Below are positions 49,319 to 60,049 of a DNA stretch of 64,000 nucleotides, piece by piece. Source of the stretch: Chiloscyllium plagiosum (Eukaryota); the NCBI RefSeq assembly GCF_004010195.1, contig NC_057750.1, positions 4,226,382 through 4,290,381 on the forward strand. The letters are read 5' to 3'. A model generated the notes under the pieces. The model did not search any database, was not told the origin of the DNA, and saw only the letters and a list, made by a program, of their open reading frames with translations. How positions within the stretch are numbered: the first letter of the stretch is position 1; every line of letters begins with the position of its first letter. The position numbers were made by a program, and so were the translations under genes.

Positions 49319-49514
49319 TCGAGAGTGTGGTGCTGGAAAAGCACAAATGGTCAGGCAGCATCCGAACAATCGACATTACATCAGGATTCCTGATGAAGGC
49401 CTTATGCCCGAAACGTTGATTCTCCTGCTCCTCTGATGCTGCCTGACCTGATGTGCTTTTCCAGCACCACGCTTTCGACTCTGACCTCCAGCATCTGCAG
49501 TTCTCACTTTCTCC
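49319..49514. mobile_element. Family 1 palindromic Penelope-related element with the best-preserved hammerhead-like core, inside an L2-like remnant
   Basis: Inverted arms as at 11317 and 35023. ctgatga-a-ggccttatgccc-gaaa-cgtt at 49390-49417. Confidence 0.75.
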
Positions 49515-49663
49515 TTGTAGACGGATTGGTGAAGGATGTGAAAGAATTAGGTTTGAGACCATGAAGGGATTTGAAAGTGAGACTGGATCTGGAGCCAGTG
49601 TAGGTCAGTGACCGTGGAGGTGATGGGGCACTCAGACCTGATGTGAGTCAGAATATAAACTAT

Positions 49664-49965
49664 GATTAGATTTGATTAGATTAGATTCCCTACAGTGTGG
49701 ATACAGGCCCCCCGGCCCAACCAGTCCACACCGACCCTCCGCAGAGTAACCCACTCAGACCCACCTCCCTCTGACTAATGCACCTAACACTGTGGGCAAC
49801 TTAGCATGGCCAATTCACCTGACCTGCACATCTTTGGACTGTGGGAGGAAACCCGAGCACCCGGAGGAAACCCACGCAGACACAGGGAGGATGTGCAAAT
49901 TCCACACAGACAGTCATGTGAGGCTGGAATTGAACTTGGGACCCTGGTGCTGTGAGGCAGCAGTG
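49664..49965 (-). mobile_element. HE1-type SINE
   Basis: A (gatta)n run followed by the reverse complement of the HE1 body. Confidence 0.88.
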
Positions 49966-50772
49966 TATGTGAGTGTTGTGCAGTATCAACGCACACTGTC
50001 TGTCTTTAGTGAAGAGCTGGGGACTGCCTACAGTTAATCCAGTACTTCGTGTCGTGTTGCACAATATCCAGTATGAATTGCAGGATTGTGAATTGGAGTA
50101 GAGAACACATGCTGGCGGGTGGAGGGGAGGTGCAGCCATTCTGAAAGATGCTGAGAGTTTCAGAAACCAATTTTAAAAAACAATTGTCACAAGCAACGGA
50201 TTGACCAGCCGTTAAAGCTGAATAGATGTCCTGGAACCTCATTTGACTGCCCTTTAGGCCAAGTAGAAATTTTGTAATATCTTTACTTGGAAGATTAAGT
50301 AAAAGAATATTGAGTTCACGATGGGGCAGATTGTACATGGTTGTGCAAGAAACTGGTTTGACAGCTGAATGACATTTTTCTAGTTCCATGCTTCATGTTC
50401 ATAAGTTTAGTGTTTTGCCCAGCGATATGAGTTCATGCCATCACAACAGTTTTCAGATCTCTCGTGGGGTAATGAAGGAAGTGTGCCCCTTTTCTGACAT
50501 AGTCCTGGAAAGCCAACTTTCAAAGCAAACAGTAAATCAATTGAGATAAAATCTTATGACATTCCAGGCTTCCAAGAATCCCAATTTGGAAAATCACTTC
50601 TTGGGCAAGAGGGAAAACGCACACACATTGTTTACATGTCTTTTTGTTTTTTCTAACTCATTCTTTGTACGTTTAAAGAGAGTGAAATGAATGTAATCCA
50701 GGGACATACGCGATATCCCAGGCATGTAGATGTTTATTGTTTGTCTTAGCCGCTTCCTGTTTTCTCTCCTAG

Positions 50773-50938
50773 GACTTCCAGCGTTGTCTCTACAAATGTC
50801 TTTGGGCAGCCCAGGTTGCGAGCTTCACTCCGAGACCTCCGGTCACCACGCAAGTCCCACAAATCAACCCTTGAAGAAGATTTAAAGAAGCTAATTTTGT
50901 TGGACAACCCTTTGCCGGAGCAAGATAAAGAAATGCTA
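50773..50938 (+). CDS. SIPA1L3: SIPA1L3 coding exon G, 166 nt, phase 2-0
   Basis: Acceptor tttctctcctag|G and donor CTA|gtatgt. Translates [75 protein letters not shown] matches SIPA1L3 rather than L1/L2 as I recall them. Confidence 0.95.
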
Positions 50939-51850
50939 GTATGTTTTACCTTGGGCAGCCATGGTGATTGGGTGGATGCTGAAATACACATTTTCTTGTT
51001 GTCCATGAGGTACAGCAATAAGATGGGAATACGTAGCTTGGGAAGAAAGTCAGTCACGCACAAGTTACCTTTGTACTTTTGGCACATGTTGTGATGTGAA
51101 GTGATGGGATATGGATTTTTGTTCCAGCTCCCTGCACAACTCCTTCAGTGAATTACCACAGATTATTCCATTTCTGAAAGTAAGTCGACCACAGTCATCC
51201 CAAGTCACAATCCTGTCTAGATTGGCATCATCTGAACTTTCGAAACGGCTCCTCAGATTCTTATTTACTGAGATTTTGGCTGATCTGCAACCCAACTCCA
51301 TTTACCCTACTGTGCCACATATCCCTTCATAGCTTTTGTTGATTAAAATCTATCTCCGGTAACATTAGCATTACATCCAATATCTCCTATTGATGGAAGA
51401 GTTCCACATTTCTGCCACCAATTATGTAATGTTTCCAAATGTTAGTGATATAAAATTGGCTAAAAATGTCCTTTTTAATCCTTTCCTTGCCAACCAGCAG
51501 AAATAATTTCTTTCTGCCCTTAATATCTTAACCATCGCACTACAAGGGAATCCAACCTGATATCGTTTGGTTCGATGGAGACTATGTGGAACATTGGGCG
51601 ACTCCGTTTACACAATAAAAGCCGCCTGAATGATCCCAGACATCCGAAAGAGCCCATGTAGATTCTTAGAACTGAAGTATCAGGCTGTATTGCTATGGTG
51701 GAAATAGTGTGATTCAGGACATTTGGCTACAGTCAGTGGTCTGAAATCCTCTGTGATTTGTAAAACACGTGCAAACATTATAGCTTCCGTGAACTTTTTT
51801 TTTCCTTTTATCTTTTCCTTAAATAAAGGAACTTCTCTGCTTCTCTCTAG

Positions 51851-52058
51851 CATTCTTCACGAAAGGCACTGCAGAGGACTCTGTCAGATGAAAGCATCTG
51901 CAGTGGACGGAGGGAAGCCGGTTTGTCCAGTTCCCAGATTGCAGCTCTTGACCAGGCACTGCCAAACGATGTGATCTTCACCAGCACATACCCTTCACAA
52001 ACACTGCCCACACGCAGATTGACCCAGCCTCCAGCAGCAATAAATCTTGAAAAGAAAT
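51851..52058 (+). CDS. SIPA1L3: SIPA1L3 coding exon H (SPAR_C region), 208 nt, phase 0-1
   Basis: Acceptor ttctctctag|CAT and donor T|gtaaga. Translates [56 protein letters not shown]...EKK, containing the family motif LQRTLSDES. Confidence 0.94.
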
Positions 52059-52403
52059 GTAAGAATGTAAATTAGGCTATAATATCTCCATTAATTTCTG
52101 ATCTTTCTTTCTAATTGTAGATTTTTAGAATTTTCTTTTTGTATTGGTGTGTTTATGTATGTCTATAAAATAATTGTGAACTTGTAACTGATAATTCGTT
52201 ATCTTTTGTTGACTCCTCAATTAAATTTCTCCTCAAAACATTCTCACTGTGAAATGCCTAACGGGATTGTTCCCTTCACATGTTAGCGGATGGATCCATT
52301 ATGGCCTGTTCTTTCTCTTTGGTTTTGGTCATTTCAGCAAGTGTCAAAACTGCAGTTTGACATGTGTTATCTACAACTGAATTTCCCCAGTCAAATGAAT
52401 AGC

Positions 52404-52694
52404 ATTAGATTAGAATCCTTACAGTGTGGAAACAGGCCCTTCAGCCCAACAAGTCCACACTGACCCTCCAAAGCGTAACCCACCCGGACCCATTCCCCAA
52501 CCCTATATTTGCCCCTGACTAATACACCTAACCTACGCATCCCTGAACACTGTGGGCAATTTAACATGGCCAATTCACCTAACCTGCACATATCTGGATG
52601 TGCAAACTCCACACAGTCACCCAAGGCTGGAATTGAACCCGGATCCCTGGCACTGTGAGGCAGTGCTGCTAAACACTGAGCCACCGTGCCACCC
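52404..52694 (-). mobile_element. HE1-type SINE with internal deletion
   Basis: Reverse complement of HE1 from tail to head (cactgagccaccgtgccaccc). The central ~45 nt are missing. Confidence 0.86.
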
Positions 52695-52741
52695 TGGGCA
52701 ATAAATGTTGGACAGAATGCATGCCTTAAATTAATAGAACC

Positions 52742-52955
52742 CCATGTCTGCGTGGGTTTCCTCCCACAATTGAAAGATGTGCAGGTGAGGTGAATTGACC
52801 ACATTAAATTGCCTGTCATGTTCAGGGATGTGTAGTTTAGATGCATTAGTCAGGGTTAAATATAGGGTAAGGGGAATGGGTCTGGGTGGGTTACTCTTCG
52901 CGGGTCGGAGTGGACTTGTTGGGCGGAAGAGCCTGTTTCATATTATAGGGATTCT
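52742..52955 (+). mobile_element. HE1-type SINE 3' half
   Basis: gtctgcgtgggtttcctcc...gatgtgcagg...gggtcggagtggacttgttgggcggaagagcctgtttc. Confidence 0.84.
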
Positions 52956-53329
52956 GTGAAGTGAACTGTTTTTCTCACTGCTCTGTGAACACAGGCCTTT
53001 GAGAACAGAAGAGAAAGATGGATGAGAGAGAGAATTAATTAGATTGAAGAGATCTATGTCACCCTTGGGAGGTTTTAAACACAGACCTATGTATGTTCTG
53101 TATCTTTCACACTGTGCTTTTTAATTCTCCTCTCAGTTGTCATAATACCTCGATGCAATGTGGCCTCTCTTCTTGAGCCACACTTTTTTCACTCATTAAC
53201 TACCCATTGCACGTCAGCACAGAAACGCTGGGAAAAGATGTATTTTGATGAGCAGTTGTTTCCTGGTCTGTTGGCAATTTCCCCCTCAAATTTTGGAATT
53301 AAATTCTGTTTTGTGTTTCTACCACTCAG

Positions 53330-53476
53330 CAAACATGTCTGCCTCTGAGCTGTCCTTGACTGATGTCCGTGACCGAATTCCTGTGCGTCGTACTGATCCA
53401 GGACTGATGCCTCTGCCAGACACAGAGTCTGAATTGGAATGGTCCAGTCTGGTCAATGTTGCCAAAGCGTATGAAG
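53330..53476 (+). CDS. SIPA1L3: SIPA1L3 coding exon I, 147 nt, phase 1-1
   Basis: Acceptor accactcag|CA and donor G|gtatga. Translates SNMSASELSLTDVRDRIPVRRTDPGLMPLPDTESELEWSSLVNVAKAYE (cf. SASELSL.D.RDR...DPGLMPLPDT...LEWSSLVNAAKAYE). Confidence 0.95.
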
Positions 53477-53529
53477 GTATGATTCAATCTGAAAGCAGCT
53501 TTGATATTTTGAAGTGTCATATCAGGAAT

Positions 53530-53690
53530 TCAAAACACTTCTGCGGAGAAAAAATAGAGTTAACGTTTAGAGTCCCATAGGATTCGAAAGGTTAACTCTG
53601 TTTCTGTCTCTGTAGATGCTGTCTGAGTTGCTGAATTCCTCCAGAAATTTCCGATTTTGCTTGTTTCAGATTTCCGGCAACTCTGGTTCT
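53530..53690. repeat. Family 3 palindromic element just downstream of exon I
   Basis: agagttaacgtttagagtcc-cata-ggattcgaaaggttaactct inverted repeat. Confidence 0.55.
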
Positions 53691-54489
53691 ATTTTACTCA
53701 AAATACCAATCTACTATTTCCACCATTTCTTCACAATACTTGAATTTATGAAATTCTAGACAAGTCCTCTATTTAGCTGGGCCTTGGAAATGCTATAGAA
53801 CAGATACAGTCCTGTGGAGTATAGCTCAACAGATGAATGAGAATTGTGCAGTTGTGCTGTAGTCTTCTGTTTAGTTTGAACTTCTACAAAGTGAGGATCC
53901 ACTACAGGAGCCCTTAAATGTCATAGTCAAAACCTGATTTACATTTCTAAATTATTAAAGCTAATCTCTTAACATCAGGGCTGAAGATTTAGTGTGGTCC
54001 AGGGCTCACCTGCTAAACCAGTAATACATTATACATATTGATCTGTAGGGATTTTCAAGTAAATAGCAATTGCAAGGAACCCAGTGGAGCATAAAGTACA
54101 TTGTCATTGAATTGCACAGAAAAGAAAGAAGCCATTCAGCACAGTTAGTCTGTGCTGGCTCTTACTGAAGACAAAACCATTCATTCACCTGCCTTGCTCA
54201 CCTATATCCTTGCAATGTTTCCTCCTTCAAGGATTTGAATCTGAATCTGTCACTTTATCAGGCAGCAAATTAAACATTTGACCACTCATTGTGTGAAAGT
54301 GAAGGTTAAACTCCTTCCACCTCAGAAAGCTGGTCCAACCCCTGTGATTGGAATGAAAGTTTTCTTGTTTAATTCAGAGAGCCTTTTTTGTTCTCCATTT
54401 TTAAGGTAAGGGTGTCACAGGCAAGACTGTCATTTATTGCCCATCTGTGTTTGCTGTTAAATTCAGTGGCTTGCTTGCCACCTCAAAAT

Positions 54490-54680
54490 AGTCAGGCAGA
54501 GACTGGAAGAACACACAAAACCAGGCAGCATCGGGAGGTGGAGAAATCAATGTTTTTCGGATGTAACCCTTATCCAAATATTGACTTCTGCACCTCCTGA
54601 TGCTGCCTGGCTTGCTGTGTTCTTCCAGCCACCTGCCTGTCTACCTGGGACTCGAGCATCTACAGTTTCTTTGTCTCGAA
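54490..54680. repeat. Palindromic Penelope-related element (family 1-like variant)
   Basis: Inverted arms ctggaagaacac...ccaggcagcatcgggaggtg / cacctcctgatgctgcctgg...gtgttcttccag. Confidence 0.6.
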
Positions 54681-57600
54681 ACTGCCCTCTGAGATGGCGA
54701 GAGTAACTGTGTTACAGTGACTCCTGTTCTATGAAAACCTAGACTGGGTAAGAATGACAGATTTCCTTCCTAAACCTGATACGGTTTTTAATGACAACAC
54801 CTAGCTTTGTGATACTATTACTAAGTTATATCCTCAATTTGTTTTTAAGTTATTGGTTAATTGAACTTAAATACTGCTGTAGTGGGAAAGAGCCAGCACA
54901 TTGTGCTGAAGAGCTTCCTTCTGTGCCGAACTGTTCTACGACAATGTCCCCATTGGCATTTACCTGGGCCTCCAGATTACAAGACCAGTGACGTTGCCAA
55001 CATGAAATGGCTTTGGCCAGTTCCACTTGAGTCCATCATGGCATAAAGGCTCCTAAATAATTTTCACTCTCCAGGGAGATGACCTGACTCTGATATTTAT
55101 ATTGGGCAGCTTTTTAAATTTTAACATACAGATCTACTCTCACTTCAGCTGGCAAACCAGGACTGGTTTAGGCACCACCTGTGCCCTTGGTGTGGATTGT
55201 CATTCACTCACGGCGTCACTATCTTCTGTGTTAGGTGTATTTCCAAAAAAAAACTTTAAGCAATCTCTATGTTGCTGGGAAATCTGGTGTCGTCCACATT
55301 TAAGTCCTTGCAACGTTTAAATCCCTTTCCCTGCAGACCCTTGTTTTACCTGTTTACAAATAAAGACCTGCATCACATGTGCGTGCGCACCATGCTTCCT
55401 GAAAGTCTGTGTCTGTGTGAAGAGAAATAGAGAATAATGTCACTATTGTGAGACAACAGAGTGTAGGATAACCTGAAACCTCTGGGAGAGCGTCACCTGA
55501 GACTAGTCCAAGCGAACGTTACACAATACATCGCTATAGTGGCATCACATCAACTGCTCTGAACTGAATATCCCGGGACTTGAAGCTGCATAAAACAAAA
55601 TCTAGATTTATCCCCTCTGGCAAATCAGCAGTGCTAAAACCCTTAGGATTGGCACTGAAGTGGGTCTCTGCATTGTTGGATATCAGTTGCCCCAGTCTGA
55701 TTTCAGTTCTGCTGGAGGATTGATTTTCAGCAGCACTCAATAAATAATAGCAGCAAATATTATCTACCGGAGTAACTCGATGCCCAATCTGTAGTGAAAG
55801 GAGCTCAAGGTCAGTAGTTGGATTAAGCATCAAATATTGGCAGCAATGTAAATGGACTCTGACAAAGCCCAATGCGGCAGAAACACAGCACCTCTCAGTG
55901 AAGCTTTCAATTTCTGCATCGGCTGTTGTTTCAGGAAGAGAGGGAGACTTGCTTGTCTGTAATCGTTAGCTTAAAAACTTAAGACTGATACTGACTGCAA
56001 TATGCTGGAAGTGGCCTGTGTATCCATTACTCCCATGGACAGTCACCTCAGTATCTTATTTAGCTTCTTGTGGTCACCTTTTAAGAAAAAGTGTAATTTT
56101 ATCTGTCAGTGATTTAGCTGTTGTGAGCAGCTGCATTGGCCGGCCCAACCAAGCCCACCATAATAATGTAAGAATTGATTGAAGGGGAAATGATTAAAGA
56201 GAGACTTGGAGGGATTACTAGGATGGAGGATGATCATGACTGATCCAAGTACAGGAGCAATGCCCCTGATTTACGTATCTTTGTCTGGCCACTATATTAC
56301 TACTTACTGTGGTCCTGTTACTTTTCATAGTACAGCATTAACTGTTTGTTATTTTCTCAGGGGCCACGATAACCAACAGCATTTTGTTTTCTTTCTGTGT
56401 ACATGTCTCTGGGTAATCATTATACTCATTAATCTTACCCCACACTCTCCTAATCAGATGCTCAACTGACAAGTGTTTTGTTTTGGAGAACTGTGTTCTG
56501 CAATTTCATGTGGAAAGAGGAGGAATTTCCTCCAATCTTTCTCTTGAAGTCTTTTAATTGGGGTCATACAGTTCACTGTCTAATTTATTATCATCATCTA
56601 CTCCTCTTCAACACTTTTATATAGTTAGATTACCGCTCTCCTTGATTTTCTCGAAGCATTTCAGTTCCTAGATTGTGTCAGAGCTTACAGCCCTAAAGTG
56701 TGCATTGCAGAGCATCATTAGCCACATTAATAAGTGTTACTTAACTGGATACTACAAGAGAGTATAATCCCCTCTAAATCCTTTCTATCTTGATTGAAGT
56801 CTCCTATTGCAGGTGCATGTTCCAGTTTGCCCATTCCAATCTGCATTACACAGATTCTATTTAACTAGAACCGTTCCAGAGGTGAGGGATTAAATTCAGC
56901 TTCAATAAGAGGAGCTGGGGTTGCTCTCCTTTGACCCCAGACACAGAATTGATAGAGGTTTCAAAATCATGATGGATTCACATAACGCTGTTGACCAGAG
57001 GCTTCGCAGAGGGAACATTTTCCTTTCATGGGAATGAACATAGCTAAACCGCATCCAATATAAAGTAATCACTAAGAGATTGGCAAGAAACATCTTTACC
57101 CAGAGAGTGGTGAGAATATGGAACTTGCTACCACAGGAAGTGGTTGATATTTTAGGAAGCAAATATGAAAAAGAAGCAGGCCTTTCAGCCCAAAAATGCC
57201 CAGTAGATGCATTTAACTAGAGGTGAGGTAAGCATGTGAGAGAGAAGGGAATAGAAGTTTACAATGATGAGAAAAAGGAGGAGGAGGCTTAAGTGGAGCA
57301 TTCACACTGACAACTGGTATACTCACTGGCATGAACACTAGTTGAATTGAAGGATTGTTTCGAATGGTAATGGTGTTACTCAAGGCTGAACGGTTGATAA
57401 ACAGGGACAGTGTTTTAAGGCTATTGGTAAAAAGAGCCAGAGGCGACACGAAATAAAATATTTTTAAGCAACAAATGGTTGAGATTTGGAGCATGTGCCT
57501 GACATGGTGGAAATTGATTTGGTAGTGAAAGGTTTCGTATTAACAATCATAAAGTTTAAAGGCTAGGGCAAAACAAACCTAACTGGATTGCTCTTTGACA

Positions 57601-58289
57601 CAGCTGGCACAGGTTCAATAGGCCAAATAGCTGCCACCTGTACTGTATTGTTCTGACTGTATTTGTACACAATAATGCCTCATAGGAGCTGCCTTTCTTT
57701 TATTGCTGGAATAATAGTCCCTTTTTAAATGCTGGATGACACACAGGAGTATACAATCTAGGTGATGAGACTATGGTTTTATTTTGGTCAAAAACTAAAC
57801 AGGGTTTTGGAAAGCATTGTAATTGGCTGTTGGTTATATTCCCCATTTTGAAGGTGAATGTTTTGCACATGTTAGTTAGTTTCACGGGATAAAGAAAAGT
57901 AAATTAGTTTTGTATGAAGCCTTTATTCATAGTGTTACCTTAATATTGACTTTTTTCATACAATTATGTGCCTGGGTTTGACCAGGGATGATGATTATTC
58001 CTGTTCAATTGATTGTTCCCATGGGGGAGTGCTCTTGAATTGTCACCACTCTGTGTCTAACCGCGTATTGTGGAGCAGCTGTCTCTAATAAATGTCTGCA
58101 GCCCTTGAGTTGATGAAAACCCACAATCGTTTGCCAGATGTTTCCTTGAGGATTTGAGCTTGTGTTTTGTGTGCCATGTTGAGCCCATCACAAAACACAT
58201 TGCGGGGCTTTGGAGGGGGAGGCAAATGGTCCAAAACATAGACTCACTCTGAAAAGGTCCATCAAAAGTCCAAAATGCCCGCCTAAATA

Positions 58290-58600
58290 ATATCTCGATT
58301 TAAAATTCTCATCGTTGTTAAATTCCTCTAGGGCCTTGCCACTTCCAGCCTCTGTAATCTCTTCAACCCTCCTGCCTTCCAAATTGCTGTGCTTCTGTGA
58401 TTATGGTCTATTATATATCCTGATTATTAATCAGTCCAACACTGGTGACCTTGCCTTTAGCTGCCTGGGCCCCGAGTTCTGGAATTCCCTCCCAAAACCC
58501 CTCCAACTCTCTGCCCATTCCTTTTGAAGTCTGTGTTTGACCAAGGCTTTGGCTATCTGCCATATGTCCTTACTTGGCTTGGTGTGCAATTTTCCTTGTT
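58290..58600 (+). mobile_element. L2-type LINE 3' remnant
   Basis: aaattctcatc...gcctttagctgcctgggccccgagttctggaattccctccc...tttgaccaaggctttgg, a typical L2 ORF2 end (AFS..GP..WNSLP). Confidence 0.55.
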
Positions 58601-58608
58601 AAGATTGT

Positions 58609-58930
58609 GGGCGGCACGGTGGCACAGTGGTTAGCACTGTTGCCTCGCAGCGCCAGAGACCCGGGTTCAATTCCCGCCTCAGGCGACTGACTGTGTGGAG
58701 TTTGCACGTTCTCCCCGTGTCTGCGTGGGTTTCCTCCGGGTGCTCCGGTTTCTTCCCACAGTCCAAAGATGTGCAGGGCCAGGTGAATTGGCCATGCTAA
58801 ATTGCCCGTAATGTTAGGTAAGGGGTAAATGTGGGGGTATGGGTGGGTTCGCTTCGGCGGGTCGGTGTGGACTTGTTGGGCCGAAGGGCCTGTTTCCACA
58901 CTGTAATGTAATCTAATCTAATCTAATCTA
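58609..58930 (+). mobile_element. Full-length HE1-type SINE
   Basis: Nearly identical to 34311-34626. Confidence 0.9.
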
Positions 58931-58989
58931 AAGACTTGTGTGATGCTTTATCGTGTTAAAGCTGCTGCATAGATGATCATCTTTGGAAT

Positions 58990-59430
58990 ATTTTTGAAAT
59001 GTAGTCACTGTTGTAATGTAGGTTAAAGCAGCTGCCGATCTGTACTAAGTAAGATCCCACAAACAGCAGTGAGATAATTGACCAAGTAACCAATGTTGTC
59101 GTAGTACAAGTTGAGGAGAACTGGTCAAGGCACCTGGAGAACCTGATCTTAGAGTGATGCCATCAGCAATGTTTCTTGCATGTGGAAGGCAGGCTTGGTT
59201 TAATAAAGACTTCATACAAAACTCATTTACTTCTCTTTATCCAGTGAAACTAACTAACATGTGAAAAACATTCACCTTCAAAAGATGACACCTTTGACAG
59301 TGCAGTTCCCCCACCACTGTGCTGCACTGGGATGTTGGCCTAGATTACTGCAAGGCTTTGAAGTGGAGTTTGAACCCCGGGTTTCTGACAGACAGCAGAA
59401 TGCTCTGCACTGAGCTAAGACTGAGAATCT
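58990..59430 (-). mobile_element. Deu-domain SINE ending about 75 nt upstream of exon J
   Basis: tttttgaaatgtagtcactgttgtaatgtagg (tail, reverse complement) and aaagatgacacctttgacagtgcagttccc (core, reverse complement). Confidence 0.58.
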
Positions 59431-59506
59431 TCAGAAAAGACATGAAACAAAAAGGGGTCTCCCAACAGGATTTGCCAATGATAACTCTGTTTCTTCTTTC
59501 CACCAG

Positions 59507-59636
59507 TCCAGAGAGCTGTCTCCCTGTTCTCGCTGACCGATGCATCTATTGGATCAGAGGTTGGACCGGCATATCCTGTACATATGCATAATACCCTGGA
59601 GCGACAGTCCTCACCCCGTGTACCACATATTTTAAG
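59507..59636 (+). CDS. SIPA1L3: SIPA1L3 coding exon J, 130 nt, phase 1-2 (last exon found in the window)
   Basis: Acceptor ttcttctttccaccag|TC and donor AG|gtagtt. Translates VQRAVSLFSLTDASIGSEVGPAYPVHMHNTLERQSSPRVPHIL, continuing KAYE-VQRAVSLFSL. This frame is absent from the ORF track. Confidence 0.92.
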
Positions 59637-60049
59637 GTAGTTGCTTTTATCCTTGTGATCTCCCAATGCTGTGTCTAATATGTAGCCTGGATCAAGATGT
59701 GAGAGGGCAATCTTATTTCTCCGACTACGTACTAGATATACCTCACTGCTTCATATGATATAAACATAGAAACGGAAACATAAGAACAGGAGTAGATCAA
59801 TGCTCCACGATTCATTATATGAAGAGGCACAAGAAACCAGAATCTGAAGAGCACAGCAATTTGAAGGGCTATGAGGTTGATGAAATTACGGAGACTTGAA
59901 GTGGCAAGGCAGAAGGGGAGTTGAACAAAGATGAGAATTTGAATTGAGGTATTGCTCAGACAGGCATGTTGGCCTTCAGTTTACTCTTTCAGAATAAATA
60001 TATTTTTTGGATTGTTTGCCGCATCCTCTTGGTCCTCAATGGTTTCTCC

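Noticed and set aside
50741..50772. Upstream alternative acceptor for exon G (ttgtcttag at 50749)
   Set aside because: It adds 23 nt and shifts the frame. The downstream AG has the better pyrimidine tract and preserves homology.
51541..51745. CpG-richer patch reading YKGIQPDIVWFDGDYVEHW, or a possible C/D snoRNA upstream of exon H
   Set aside because: The peptide is only ~25 codons, bounded by a stop and without splice signals. There is no canonical RUGAUGA C box or terminal stem. A BLAST or snoRNA scan would be needed to revive it.
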